Origin: Octopus sinensis
Taxonomy: Eukaryota
Length of the DNA: 64,000 nucleotides
Direction: 5' to 3'
Assembly: GCF_006345805.1 (NCBI RefSeq)
Contig: NC_043007.1
Span: 33,976,001 to 34,040,000, forward strand
In this document: one piece after another, positions 25,422 through 39,388 of the stretch
Numbering within the stretch: the first letter of the stretch is position 1
Layout of the letters: the number at the start of each line of letters is the position of its first letter
Translations under genes and position numbers: made by a program
The notes under the pieces: generated by a model
Told to the model about the DNA's origin: nothing
The model's input: the letters and a program-made list of their open reading frames with translations, nothing else
The model's database searches: none

Positions 25422-26149
25422 GGGGGTCCGTGTGTCTGTATGTTATATGTATGTATTTGTGTGTGCGTGTTTATATGCATATTTGTATGCGTTTGTTGAT
25501 TCAGTAGAAGAGATAAATTACGAAAGACAATATGTACGTGTATAGTGACTTTTAATTCTAGCACTCTGAATCACAGGTTCCCGTCTATTCACCTGGTAAT
25601 GTGAACATACATCCTTTACCTTTGAAATTGATAGATTGGTTGAAAGAGGGAGAGATAGACAGACAAACAGACAGCTAGACTGACAAACGGCCGAATGGAC
25701 GGACGGATAGATGCTTATATAGATAGTCTCATTAAACCAGACTTTCTCTGGGTTTTAGAAACATTTACGCGACTGATACTACAAGACTTCTTGCATGAAC
25801 TCGACTGAGGCCATTTTGTCGCAGAGTTGGCACTGAGATGCTGTCGCCGACCCTCGTCTTCATCTGAGTACATTGGAACAACCTGAAATGATATGCTTTG
25901 CTCGATGATGTTACGCGAAAGCCGTGTGATTACAAGACAACAGGCTTGCTTTCTTCATGCTTATCTTTGATGGGGCTGGTGTCATCATTGGTGAGTGGTC
26001 CCAGCGATGTCATTATGGGTAGAGCCGACAAGACAACGAGATTAAACATACACGTAGACTGGATTCCAAAATAGCTCTTCTCTATAATGGCTAAACTATT
26101 GTTAAAAGCGACTATAATATTTCAGTTAAAAGCAACTAAACTATTAAAA

Positions 26150-26476
26150 TAATAATGAAATTATTGTATACAGTGCTCAGGTGCACCACAACTTGCCAAA
26201 AGTGCGTATAAAGCATATGCAGTAATGTACAAATGTCTGGAAAGTGAACAGTGCATGAGTCAGATACATGTTTGTGTGTGTATGGAGGGGAGAAAATCAG
26301 GTGTAGGGTTGGCGAATCTCAGGAAGCATGGAAGTTTTGAAGGATGCAGTGCTCCAACAATTAACAACTGATGTCGGCAGTTTGTTCCATACCCCAGCAA
26401 CTCTTAGCGTGAAAAAGTGTTTCCGAAAGTCATGGGAGCTATGCTGTTTTCTGACTTTGTAAACATGTCCACGGGT
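26150..26476 (-). mobile_element. CR1-type LINE 3' fragment
   Basis: Translates TRGHVYKVRKQHSSHDFRKHFFTLRVAGVWNKLPTSVV...SFKT, the CR1 ORF2 C-terminal signature. Confidence 0.8.
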
Positions 26477-27204
26477 AAGCAGTTATACTATATGTCTGTG
26501 CGTCTGTATTTGGCGGTTAGGCAAAAGAGACCGATACAATAAGTACTAGGCTTACAAAGAAGTCGATTTGCTCGACTAAAGGCAGTGCTCCAGCATGGCC
26601 ACAGTCAAATGACTGAAACAAGCAAAAGAGTAAAAGAGATATGCTTACTCCTGCTGAACGCGACAGAAATAAAGTACTCACAATGACAATGAAAAGATGT
26701 AAAAACATCTTTAGAAGTAAATCTATCGATTACTTTGTACTTTCATTGGGACAGTATCTCTGTTTACGAACCAATGAAATAGCATTCATACTACCTGGGC
26801 CGTAGGCAAAAGTACACCCCCTAACTAAACGAACTTGTGAAATATTCATTAGAAAAACGGTTTAAATCTTAAAACCGAAAGCGTAATTTAAGATAGGTTC
26901 ATTCAACACGCCACGGGGCGTTGAAATAGGTAAAATTTGCTTGGCTTGTGACATTAATAATGAGTAAGAGTACTCCGTGTGAATTTAATTCATGTATGGT
27001 TTGGTTTTCTGTTGCGTCTGTACAAATTAAGAGAAGTACTTTTGAATGCTGCCAACATTCATGGTTCATTTATTAAAAATTTTAAATCAATATTGTAAAG
27101 TGCATAAAAGTTATTTCGTTTTGTAATAGCTGATATTAATAAAAGAATGAAAGATGCTGTTAAAGTTCATTGTTCGGTGAAAAATGAAAAGATAATTATT
27201 TTTT

Positions 27205-28101
27205 CATGCTAGTGTTTCTGTGCGTGCGTGTGTGTGTGTGTGTGCGTATCTGTCTGTCTGTCTGTCGCTTATCTAAATATTCATTTGCAGTTTAGCTTCA
27301 CAGACTGTACAATCTTCAGTGCTACTATTTGACCAAGCATAAGGAATATGAACAAAAAGGAAATGGGTTATGCGTTTGAACAAACTAGCATCGTTAAAAT
27401 AATATTTACTCAAACAGAAATCTATTTCCAAATGAGATGCTGATGCAAAATTCTTCCAGAATGCTAGCAGGGTATGAAGTGTGTAATTGCATAGAAAGTG
27501 AAACACAACATCGAAGAGTGTGTAGTTATAATAGCACAAATTTGAATTTAAGAAAACGTCAGATCGTTTGAGTCAAATAGGTTATCATGGAAGATTTTCT
27601 AACTTGTGTAATAGACACGGTTAATGATATCCAAGTACGCTTGAAACAAAACAGTGTCAGAAATTGTTATATTGGATTGTTGTAGATGGAACAGCAGATA
27701 CACAAAAGATAGCTATGTATTAGCGGGATTGTGAAACAACAGTATATGCGTGTGAGTGTGTGGTGTGTGTGTGTGTGTGTGTGTGCGAGCGTACAGAGAT
27801 AAAGAGAGAGATAGAAAGAAATAGAGATGAATATACACACACACACATGCATATATATATATATATATGTATGTATGTATATGTATATATATATATATAT
27901 ATAGGCGCAGGAGTGGCTGTGTGGTAAGTAGCTTGCTAAACAACCACATGGTTCCGGGTTCAGTCCCACTGCGTGGCATCTTGGGCAAGTGTCTTCTGCT
28001 ATAGAATAAGTCCCGGGGTCGATTTGCTCGACTAAAGGCGGTGCTCCAGCATGGCCGCAGTCAAATGACTGAAACAAGTAAAAGAGTAAAAGAGTAAAGA
28101 G

Positions 28102-28136
<35 letters not shown>

Positions 28137-28685
28137 CTGTGTGTGTGGTGCGTGGTGTGTGCGTGTGTGTGTGTGTGTGCGTATCTGTCTGTCTGTCTGT
28201 CGCTTATCTAAATATTCATTTGCAGTTTAGCTTCAAGACTGTACAATCTTCAGTGCTACTATTTGACCAAGCATAAGGAATATGAACAAAAAGGAAATGG
28301 GTTATGCGTTTGAACAAACTAGCATCGTTAAAATAATATTTACTCAAACAGAAATCTATTTCCAAATGAGATGCTGATGCAAAATTCTTCCAGAATGCTA
28401 GCAGGGTATGAAGTGTGTAATTGCATAGAAAGTGAAACACAACATCGAAGAGTGTGTAGTTGTAATAGCACAAATTTGAATTTAAGAAAACGTCAGATCG
28501 TTTGAGTCAAATAGGTTATCATGGAAGACATTTTCTAACTTGTGTAATAGACACGGTTAATGATATCCAAGTACGCTTGAAACAAAACAGTGTCAGAAAT
28601 TGTTATATTGGATTGTTGTAGATGGAAGAGCAGATACACAAAAGATAGCTATGTATTAGCGGGATTGTGAAACAACAGTATATGC

Positions 28686-28730
<45 letters not shown>

Positions 28731-29100
28731 CGTACAGAGATAAAGAGAGAGATAGAAAGAAATAGAGATGAATATACACACCACACACATGCTATATATA
28801 TATGTATGTATGTATATGTATATAATATAATATATAGGCGCAGGAGTGGCTGTGTGGTAAGTAGCTTGCTAAACAACCACATGGTTCCGGGTTCAGTCCC
28901 ACTGCGTGGCATCTTGGGCAGTGTCTTCTGCTATAGTCCCGGGGTCGATTTGCTCGACTAAGGCGGGTGCTCCAGCATGGCCGCAGTTCAAATGACTGAA
29001 ACAAGTAAAAGAGTAAAAGAGTAAAGAGTATATATATATATGGTGTGTTGTGTGTGTGTTGGTGTGTGTGGTGTGGTGTGTGCGGTGTGGTGTGGGTGTG
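27205..29100. repeat. Tandem duplication of a ~930-bp unit with an internally deleted family A SINE
   Basis: 27270-28100 repeats at 28205-29035; the end of the second copy carries many single-base indels. Confidence 0.9.
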
Positions 29101-29599
29101 TGTGGTGTGTGTGTCGGGGGTGTGTGCGTGTGGTTTGTGTGTGTGCGTGTAATAGATAGAATTGATATAATTAATAGAGACAGAAGCAGTATGAACACCA
29201 GAAGGCAATCCTTATTTCCAACTTAACGTGGACATTGTTTTAGAACACAAAAGAGAATACAAGACATAACTTCGTAAAAAAATATGTGAGTACGTAACTT
29301 AGCTTTTCAATTTTTCGGTAAATGATATCGATAGAATAAGTACAAGGTTTAAAAGCATAACAAGTACTAGACTTGATTAGTTCGACTAAAATCTTTCAGG
29401 GCGGTGCCCCAGCATGGCAGCAGTACAATGATTGAAACAAGTCAAAGAATAGAGGGATAAAGAATATATATATATACATATATATAAAGTGTATAGCATT
29501 TATACACAAATAAGGCAACGCTTTACAGGACACCTGATATGCTAGAGAGGGCAGCCAATACCAAACCACGAAAACATGTAATTCCAAAGAGAATGAAAA

Positions 29600-30260
29600 A
29601 GAGAACTTTGGAATTACTTTTTCCGTGGTTTGGGTTTGGTGTCAAGATCCTTGATACAGCCTCGTTCATCACGGCAATGTTTTCAAAACCGCTGACCCTG
29701 AGGTTCACTTTCAGCTTGGGGGACAACCAAAAGTCACAACGAGCAAGATCTGGGCTTTAGGGAGGGTGAAGATGCCCATTGATGCCCATCAATGTCAAGT
29801 AGTTGATTATGAAGTTTGAATTGTGTACAAGAGTATTGTTCTGATGTAGATTCCACCGATCCAAGTGGAAGGGCTCTGGTCTTTCGCAACGAAAACTCTT
29901 CCTGAAGTCCCTCAAAACCTCAACAAAGTACTCTTTATTGACCTCGTAGCTATAGGGAATCCATTTGATGTAGATGGTGTCCTTGCTGTCGAAAAGAAAG
30001 ATAATTATGTGCATCCTGGTGGTATTGTTTTGTCTGTTCTTCTTGGGTGTGGCGAAGTCAGCAAGCTTCAGCTGAGTACTCTGTCTCATTGCCTCTGGAT
30101 TATGATAGTAGATCCAGATTTCTTCACATGTTACTCGAGTACTCTTGGATTGGGGCTAATTAGCGCAACTACCTTCCTGCTGTCATTAACGTGTTTTTCC
30201 TTCTGAGCATCCTGGGAACATACTTCGCACATATTTTACGAATATTCAGATCATAAATAA
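29600..30260 (-). mobile_element. Mariner transposase relic
   Basis: KICAKYVPRML, IIFLFDSKD, VNKEYFVEVLR, LHQNNTLVH, SPDLARCDFWL. Confidence 0.85.
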
Positions 30261-30261
30261 T

Positions 30262-30659
30262 TACTCTTTTACTTGTTTCAGTCAGTTGACTGTGCCCATG
30301 CTGGAGCAGCGCCTTTAGTCGAGCAAATCGACCCCAGGACTTATTCTTTATAAGACTAGTACTTATTCTATCGGTCTCTTTTTGCCGAACCGCTAAGTTA
30401 CGGGGACGTAAACACACCAGCATCTGTTGTCAAGTGATGTTGGAAGGACAAACACAGACACACAAACGTATACACACACATACATATACATATATACGAC
30501 GGGCTTCTTTCAGTTTCCGTCTACCAAATCCACTCACAAGGCTTTGGTCGACCCGGGGCTATAGTAGAAATCACTTGCCCAAGGTGGCACGCAGTGGGAC
30601 TGAACCCGGAACCATGTGGTTCGTAAGCAAGCTACTTACCACACAGCCACTCCTACGCC
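30262..30659 (-). mobile_element. SINE family A abutting the mariner relic
   Basis: Reverse-complement match from head to tail. Confidence 0.9.
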
Positions 30660-31140
30660 TATATTTGTGTAAAGTTTCCACACCAACTCCACACTATGCT
30701 TATAATCTTTATAGAGACACTTCATCTAGAAAATTACGAATTTTCTCAACCTGCTTTGAAGTTCTGAAGTTCTGAAGTTCTGAATAACCTCACCGTCCCA
30801 CACCTCTCATCGTCTCTCACCTCCTGTCTAATCCCACTCCGAGGCTCTTTTGCTAGCAAAAAACATATGCTCGGTTCATAAGCAATCTACATTTCATTAT
30901 CTTATATACCTTTTTTGCCCGGTTTAACAAAAAAAAAAATTACATAACTAGCTTCCCAATTTTCTTCCTCTCCCTCCTACATTCTGCAAACCAGTCAGCT
31001 ATGATATGCAGTACTTATTAGGATGTGTTCAAAATGCTGTTACCGTCATCTTATTCAATCTAGATTTTAAAAGAAATTGGCAAGTCAACTTGTTAGATAC
31101 ATATTACAATTGCAATAACAAAGGACAGTGATAATGCCTA

Positions 31141-31378
31141 AGGCGGCTAGCTGGCAGAATCGTTAGCAAGTCGGGTGAAATGCTTAGCGTTATTTCGTCT
31201 GCCGCTACGTTCTGAGTTCAAATTCCGCCGAGGTCGACTTTGCCTTTCATCCTTTCGGGGTCGATAAATAAAGTACCAGTTTCGCACTGGGGTCGTTGTA
31301 ATCGACTTAATCATCCGTCTGTCTGTCCTTATTTATCCCCTCTATGTTTAGCCCCTTGTGGGCAATAAAGAAATATAT
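31141..31378 (+). mobile_element. SINE family C monomer, tail 1
   Basis: Head GGCGGCTAGCTGGCAGAATCGTTAGC; tail CCCCTTGTGGGCAATAAAGAAATA. Confidence 0.9.
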
Positions 31379-31732
31379 AATTACAATAACAATGGGCAGG
31401 TATAATGCCAGTCACAAAAATGTCCCAAAACTTCTGGATTTCAACTCGTATACACGCTAAACATATTTATAAATATACTTATTTCGTGAGTGACACTGTT
31501 ATTTGAAGCTGATGACGTTTTTCTATTTAATATGAATTACTTTCTAAATCATTCGATTAGAAATATAAATTATTACACAGGAGCCCGAGACGTTCTGGCT
31601 ATTTCTGGATCCAAAAGTTCCATCTGTTGTCTTCTTGCCTCATAATTCTCAACTAATATGTTTACGTTCATAAATTCTGATCAAATTAATTTTTCTTTTC
31701 TTTTTCTCCTTGGCAAATCTGATCATTATATT

Positions 31733-31782
<50 letters not shown>

Positions 31783-31784
31783 TA

Positions 31785-31836
<52 letters not shown>

Positions 31837-31886
31837 TAATATATATATATATAAAATATATTATATATATATATATATAATAAAAA

Positions 31887-31933
<47 letters not shown>

Positions 31934-32120
31934 TAATATATATATATATATATTTAATAGAATATTAATAAATTTAATAAGATATATATATATATATATA
32001 TATACATATATACAGACATATATATATATATAATTATATATATATACATATATAATATATATATATGAATATATATACATATATATATAATACCATATCA
32101 ATATATATATACACACACAC

Positions 32121-32154
<34 letters not shown>

Positions 32155-32419
32155 CTCTATTTGTCATCATTATTTATTCAATACGCTATGTGTAGACACT
32201 TATTCCACCATTAATTGCTAATATATTTCCCTATTACCATTTATATTCATCTTGTTGAGAGATATCATGATATCAACTTTAGACTATTTATTTATTACAC
32301 TACCTGCATATATTTCTAACTTAAGCAGAACAAATAGCGGAAATACGTTAAGACTACAGATTAAAAATTCGGAAGGTCAAGGTATGTTAGGGTTTTCTTA
32401 TGTTTAAACCAGAAATACT

Positions 32420-33042
32420 GGTATCAAATTTGGGCACAAGTCCAGCAATTGTGGGGGAGGAGCAAGTCGACTACATCGACGACGCCGAAAGGATGGAAAC
32501 AAAGTCGACCTCAATGGAATTTGAGCTCAGAACGTGAAGACGGACGAAATGCCGCTAAGCATTTGACTCGGCGTGCTATCGATTCCGACTACTGAAATAT
32601 TGTTCTTCGGGAACTCATGTGGTAAATGTCAGTGACTGTGTGGTAAGTAGCTATAGGCGTAGGAGTGGCGGTGTGGTAAGTAGCTTGTTTAAGAACCACA
32701 TGGTTCCGGGTTCAGTCACACTGCATGGCACCGTGGGTAAGTGACTTCTACTATAGCCTTGGGCCGACCAAAACCTTGTGATTGGATTTGGTAGCACAGA
32801 ATATGAAAGAAGCCCGTCGTATATATGTATGTGTGTGTGTGTGAGTATATGTTTGTGTGTCTGTGTTTGTCCCCCACAACATCGCTTGACAACCGATGCT
32901 GGTATGTTTACGTCCTCTTAACTAAGCAGTTTGGCAACAAAGAATAAGTCCTGGGGTCGATTTGCTCGAATAAAAAGGTGGTGCTCCAGCATGGCCACAG
33001 TCAGATGACTGAAACAAGTAAAATAGTAAAAGAGTAAAAGAG
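32420..33042. mobile_element. Family C SINE (-, tail 2) followed by a family A SINE (+, 32656-33042)
   Basis: Direct similarity to other copies. Confidence 0.8.
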
Positions 33043-33336
33043 CTTTTTCACATATATCAAATATGTTGAAATCCGCAGTTTTTTCTTTTATGAACTAAAC
33101 CTGCTGTCCCTTGAAAACCTTTTGAAAATGTATGTAAATTTTGTGTATAATTAGATACCTATGTATAAATATGCCTATATTTTGGTAGCATTGCATATAT
33201 TTTGGTAGTGTTGAATATGTATAAATGTACAACATTCGTGTAATTGAATACAGAATTTATCGTAGGATATCGCAAAGCGTTGAATAAAGAATGATTCATT
33301 GACTACAAATATTGTACATATCTATAGTAATTAAAC

Positions 33337-33640
33337 GTCGCCCTTTTCAAGCCTAGCCAGGCTCATGGACCCAGTTTCCCGGTTTCTATGGCGTATGTGG
33401 TCCCCTCAGCTCAACAGGACGCCAGTCCATCGCAGCGTTACTCAAGAAGCAGGAAGAGAGAGTGAGAGAAAGTTGTGGCGAAAGAATACAACAGGGGTCA
33501 CCACCACCCCCTACCGGAGCTTCGTTGAGCTTTTAGGTGTTTTCGCTCAATAAATACACACAACACCTGGTCTGGGAATCGAAACCACGATCCTCGGACC
33601 GCGTGTCCGCTGCCCTAACCACTGGGCCATTGTGCCTCCA
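33337..33640 (-). mobile_element. SINE family B, tail type 2
   Basis: Matches 18080-18390 and 60823-61126. Confidence 0.88.
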
Positions 33641-34084
33641 TAGTAATTAAGCCTGTATTATATTTGGGAAGCGATAAATAAAGATTTCCTGTTATTTTGA
33701 CATTTCTATTTACATTCTCATACTCTCATTAGCAACTTTCGTCATGTACAACTTTCATCGGGATAATTTGATTATTCATACATATGAGACAAAATATAAT
33801 CATCAACAAATTTAGTGAAAAACTTGCCGTTTTTATTAAGATCGGTATCTATCAAACTCTGTGTTTGATAACAATTCACGAAATTCTGGTTTCTTGAGTT
33901 ATTTTTTGGCATCCGACAATTAAATAAATAACTGTGTAGTGATATATATGCTTCCATACCACACGGCTCTGGGTTCATCGCGCCTTGTGATACTATGAGC
34001 AAATATATACTATAGCCTCGTGCCGACCAAAGCCTTGTCCGTCGATTTGGCAGACACAAGCTGAAATAAACCCGTCGTACGCCA

Positions 34085-34300
34085 TGATAGATCGTTAGCT
34101 CCTACACGCATTTTTTTCTCTCCTTGTTTCTCTCCTTGTTTTTTTTCTGTGTATCTGAAGAGTGTAGGCTCGAAACGTAAAAGACTTTTTCTATTTCTAT
34201 TCCTGAGCGCCATACTAATACATTTGTTTGTTTGTACTCCACCTGCCGTCGTCTGTTGTTTATTTTCGTAAACCATCCCGTATATATATTAATATGTATA
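34085..34300 (+). mobile_element. Mini-element family E
   Basis: CTGAAGAGTGTAGGCTCGAAACGTAAAAGAC; a short deletion removes stem I. Confidence 0.7.
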
Positions 34301-34312
34301 TATATATATATA

Positions 34313-34416
<104 letters not shown>

Positions 34417-35141
34417 CACACACACTAATTTCTCCATATGTTAGCTTTGAATATTAAGATATTAAGATATCAAGATATTTTCTTAAACCAAGTGCAGCAT
34501 TAATACACAAATGCAGAATCTTTATCCACAAAAACGTAGTTGAGCATTCATTCTGATAGTTCGACATTCACACGCACACGTGTACACGCACAAACACACA
34601 TACATACATACATACAACATACATACATATATTCATACATACATATATTCATACATACATATGCATGTGTGCGTTTGTCCACAGCTTTGCAGTTCTGTAC
34701 AAGATAACGAAAGAATAAGTGTCAGGCTTGGAAATAAAAGTCATTGGATCGAGTCATTCGATTAAAAGATTTTCAAGGCAGTGCCCCAGCGTGGCCACAC
34801 CGTGGCCACACCGTGGCCAAGTCTTAGGTAAAAGATGAAAAGATATATACTCATGCATTTTCAGTTCTATTTTCATATATTATATTTATATGCGCGTTTG
34901 TGGGAGCTTGTGTGTAATGGATGTATATATTTATATGTGCGTGTTGTATGCGTGCGAGCATGCGCATACGTGGCGTATGTGTGTCTGTGTAGTAAAAATT
35001 ATACAAATTAATAAAAAGAGGAGCTTATATGGAACTTAGTAGGGACTGTTTGTAAGGAATTCATAAGAAAATATGATATAATTGGGAAAATGTAGAAAAT
35101 ACGAAAATAAATTATTATTGTTTACTTGTGCCTTGAGAGGA

Positions 35142-35500
35142 TCATTATGTCAATAAAAATAACACACGCACAGGTTCAATTTCACTTCTTTATATTTAGC
35201 CAATTGGTTGAATATCTAACAAACTATCTAAATACTCGATCACTTGCTTAACATGTTGGGTAAATAACGAATTATACCTTGGAACATGGAGGAAATCACG
35301 AATCAGGGAAAAGGTTGCGAACAACGACGAAAGAACATTGTTGAAGTGACAAACAATTGATTCGTTTTGATTCGTTATTTACCCAGCACATTAAACAAAC
35401 GATGAATTAGTTAGTTATTTGGGTAGATATTTAACAAATTGACTAATAATAAAGAAGTAGAATTGAACCTGCGCGTGTGTTATTGTTATTAGCGTAATGA
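35142..35500. repeat. Degenerate fold-back (MITE-like) element with ~130-bp arms
   Basis: AATAACACACGCACAGGTTCAATT / AATTGAACCTGCGCGTGTGTTATT and GGGTAAATAACGAAT / ATTCGTTATTTACCC. Confidence 0.8.
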
Positions 35501-36185
35501 CCCTCCCAAGACAGAATGAAATTTGTTTCAACACCACGAATTCACATCAAGAATCTTGCAAACTAAATACAAAAACAAATAGGTAAAATTAAAACCAAAA
35601 TAATGATGGAATGGTGAATAATTATAATATTTGCTGAAAGGTTAATGGCTATTAATGAGAGTGGAGTGAAGAATAATTATACACACCAGGAGAGGTGGGG
35701 AAAATGAATGTATAAATGGTGTGAAGCTAAGGATTAAAAAATATCGTGGGGTGGCCGGAAGAATGAAGGCAAATAAAACGAGCGTGAGAAGGCATTAATA
35801 TAGGGGAGAAGATTTACTGTGGCATAAACACAAGATTTAGAACCTTACAATGAAATAATTCAATGCTAATAATATCTGGAAAATAATAATGGTATAAAGA
35901 AAGGGATGGTAGAAGAAAGGTGGGAAAGAAACGGAGAAAATACAGATAACAATGCACGGGAAAATTATCAGGAAAACATGAGAAAACGATGGTTGAAAAA
36001 CACTAGGAAATACGATGAAAAATTAAAAAGAACAAATGCATGAGAAGTATTTATCTGGCCATAATTTAAGACGACAATATAACTGAATTGGCTTAATGTT
36101 TGTAACACTGAATTCTACTGTTTATATTAAGTATTAATATGATCAATCGATCGAAATACAGAGAATATATATATATATATATATA

Positions 36186-36253
<68 letters not shown>

Positions 36254-36296
36254 ATGAAAGAATGGAGTCGAACGACGATTTAACAAAATTCCTTTA

Positions 36297-36379
36297 TTCT
36301 CGACACATGTTTCGAAGACTGCATATTCTTAATTCCGAAGGAATAAAGGGCGCATTATGCCGTCTTCTCATCAGGAAAG
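36297..36379 (-). ncRNA. Type I hammerhead ribozyme, GUC site
   Basis: CTTTC-CTGATGA-GAAGAC...GTCTTC-GAAAC-ATGT-GTC-GAGAA. Confidence 0.82.
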
Positions 36380-36487
36380 ACAAGGAACTTATGTCAGCAT
36401 CATGACGAACAAAAACTTTTAGATGACTGCCCACACGGAGTCCATCTAAAAGTTTTTGTTCGTCATGATCTGACATAAGTTCTTTGT

Positions 36488-36570
36488 CTTTCCTGATGAG
36501 AAGACGGCATAATGCACCTTTTATTCCTTCGGAATTAAGAATATGCAGTCTTCGAAACATGTGTCGAGAA
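36488..36570 (+). ncRNA. Type I hammerhead ribozyme, GUC site
   Basis: CTTTC-CTGATGA-GAAGAC...GTCTTC-GAAAC-ATGT-GTC-GAGAA. Confidence 0.82.
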
Positions 36571-36765
36571 TAAAGAAATTTTGTTAAATCGTCGTTCGAC
36601 TCCATTCTTTCATTTATCTATAGTAAAAAAACGCACAAATTTCCACACGAAAGCACGTGATTTCTGCTCTTGGCATGTAGCTTCAACCGTGCTTTCTGAC
36701 GTAAATTTGCTACCCGGGTATCGGTTAACCGAATTATCCATACTGGGATAATTCATTCAACTACT

Positions 36766-36789
<24 letters not shown>

Positions 36790-36800
<11 letters not shown>

Positions 36801-36990
36801 AGAGTTTACGAAAAAAAACAAAAGATGAAGACAGGTGGTGTACAAAACAAACAGATGTATTAATATTACGTTCAGGGATAGAAAAAGACTTTTACGTTCC
36901 GAGCCTACCCTCTTCTAAAGAAAGGGACCCAGAAAAAACAAGGAGAGAAACAAGGAGAGAAAAAATGTGTGTAGTGGCTAAATATATATA
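36790..36990 (-). mobile_element. Mini-element family E, degenerate
   Basis: Homologous to 17830-18030. Confidence 0.65.
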
Positions 36991-37049
36991 CATACATATA
37001 TTATACCATAAGCATAATATATATATATACTATAAGCATATTATAAATA

Positions 37050-37560
37050 CTATAAATATATTATACTTGGGGGATTTGTGTGCGAGTTTCTATTGCTTTC
37101 CATTGCATCACAATTGTGACTCATTGTTCCTCTGATGTTCGGAACAATGAAATATTTACATGTTGACCCTTGTGATAATACATTCATATAACTCTGTTAT
37201 AATGTTTGCCATGTTTAGTTTTCCATTGTTATTTAATGTTTCTTTATTCGTATAATGAATTACAAGTTTCATATGCGATGATATTTAGCTAAATGGTGAC
37301 TTCTTTGTTTGCGCTATGGATTTAGTATTAAATGTTTCATGGCCCATCTTTAATATTCTGTAATATGTTTTGCGTGGTATGTGTACATTAGTATGTTGCA
37401 GCTGTGAAGAATAACAACTTCTGCTTTTATAACATCAGATATCGATTTCATGGGATCGTGTATTATGTTATTTCGCTAGGTGTTGATGGTGTTGAGTACA
37501 GGTTGTGTGAGTTAAGTTATTTTATTTGATAGTTAACGTCTAGGGAATATATTTTGTACA
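37050..37560 (-). mobile_element. Possible very degenerate PLE RT-thumb relic
   Basis: Minus-strand remnant ..LDVNYQI..NLYSTPS resembling FLDV...LYxKP. Confidence 0.3.
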
Positions 37561-38380
37561 GAGAATCCTCTGTTTGTGTTGTGTGTATTGTTTTTTTTGT
37601 ATTCAAACTGCTTTGCGCAGGAAGTGGAGTGTGTCTAGCAGGATATTGCTCAGAATAATTTTCGTATTGTAATTTTTTATACGTAATATTTCTGAAGAAA
37701 TAAAATTAACAATACGGAATTTGTACAACTAGAACGTCTGTAGTCATAGGTTTGCTGGATCAGAGACATCATCATCATTAACATGAACACCATCATCATA
37801 AACGTCATTATCATCCTCATCATCATCATCATTATCCTTGTCGTCGTCGTCATCATTATCATCATCATTGCCATCGTCGTTGTCGCCGTCGTCTTCATTA
37901 TCATCATCATCACCGTCGTCGTAGTCGTCGTTGTTATCATCATCATCATCATCATCATCATCAGCATCATCATCATTATCATTTAACGCCCATGTTACAT
38001 ACTGGGTACATGCTGTCATGGGTTGCAGAGTTTGACAAGATCTGATGGGCTCCAGGACGGCATCGTACTCCAGAGTCTTCTTTGGCATGGTCCTTACTGC
38101 TGGATGTTTTGTACCACAGGCACAAGGGCGGTCGGCATACAGCTCACAAGACTATGAAACCCGATGGTGGGGGCATGAGGGTTAAGACATGAGAGAAGGG
38201 GATTAAAGAGAGCAGGATCTTGTTATCGGGAATTGACATGGCTACTCACATTTAGGAGAGAATGGGATTGAATCAGCACTGGCCGCGAAGAGAAAATTTA
38301 ATTAAAAAACAGTTATTTACTAACCGAATACACGGAATGTAGTAATAAATGAGTATCGTACTGATAACAACAGTGATAAC

Positions 38381-38418
38381 TCCGGACGTTTCGGCATTTT
38401 TAGCCCTCCTCAGTGGTG
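38381..38418 (-). ncRNA. Minimal hammerhead candidate
   Basis: CACCA-CTGAGGA-G-GGC-TAAAAAT-GCC-GAA-ACGT-C-CGGA; stem I is weak. Confidence 0.45.
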
Positions 38419-38879
38419 AATAATTTTCGTCACTGCTTGTCAAAACTTAATTGACGAAGAAATATAACAAAACTATTTTTTAATGCAATAAATACACAGT
38501 AAAGGGTGCAACAGATTACAAAGAATGTCCTAGAAGTTAATGCTCAAAGGCGTCTTCTTAAGAAATGTATTTTTATTATTTCATGTCATGGAAGAAATTA
38601 AGAGTGAATATTTTTTCTGTTGCTATGAGGAGCTGTTATAATATGTTTTGTATTTTTGTTTTTCTCCTCATTCAGAAACTAAAAATCGAAGAACCATTTA
38701 TAATGTGGAATAGAGTGTACGTACAAATTACTTGTGTATCATCCATAAAATGTGCTGTCAAATCTTCTATTGTGATAAGATTTCAAACTGAATCAGTCTT
38801 TTGACCCAGGACATTTCAGGTGAATTTCAATTTATTTATTTATTTATTTATCATCATCATCATCATCATCATATCATGA

Positions 38880-39080
38880 CGAACTGCAGTATCGAGTAAT
38901 ATACTTAACGGCAATTCATTCGTTTTTACTTTGTGAATTCAAATTCCGCCGAGGTGAAAGTTGACTTTCATCCTATTGGTGGTCGACAAGACAAGTATCA
39001 TTTGATCATTGGGGACGATGTAATCGAATAGTCCCCTCTCAGACTAAATTTCAGGCCTTGTGCCTTTAGTAGAAAGGATT
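38880..39080 (+). mobile_element. SINE family C, diverged, tail 2
   Basis: Core plus AATTTCAGGCCTTGTGCCTTTAGTAGAAAGG. Confidence 0.75.
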
Positions 39081-39331
39081 ATCATCATTATTATTATCAT
39101 TATTATTATTGTTGTTGTTGTTGTTGTTGTTGTTGTTATTGTTGATGTCGTTGTTGTTGTTATTATTACTATTATTATTATTATTATTATTGAGTGAGAG
39201 AGCAGTTCATGCCATCAAAGTGACACTGGGGTAAAATATACGAAGCCCAATATACCCATCATGACTACCCGTCTGATAAAGGTACACCAGGCACATGCAT
39301 CACAACTATATGTGCGCGACATGGTGATCTC

Positions 39332-39388
<57 letters not shown>

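Larger units (their letters stand above)
36252..36615. repeat. Fold-back element with 177-bp inverted arms and a ~10-nt loop
   Basis: 36252-36428 is the near-perfect reverse complement of 36439-36615. Confidence 0.95.
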
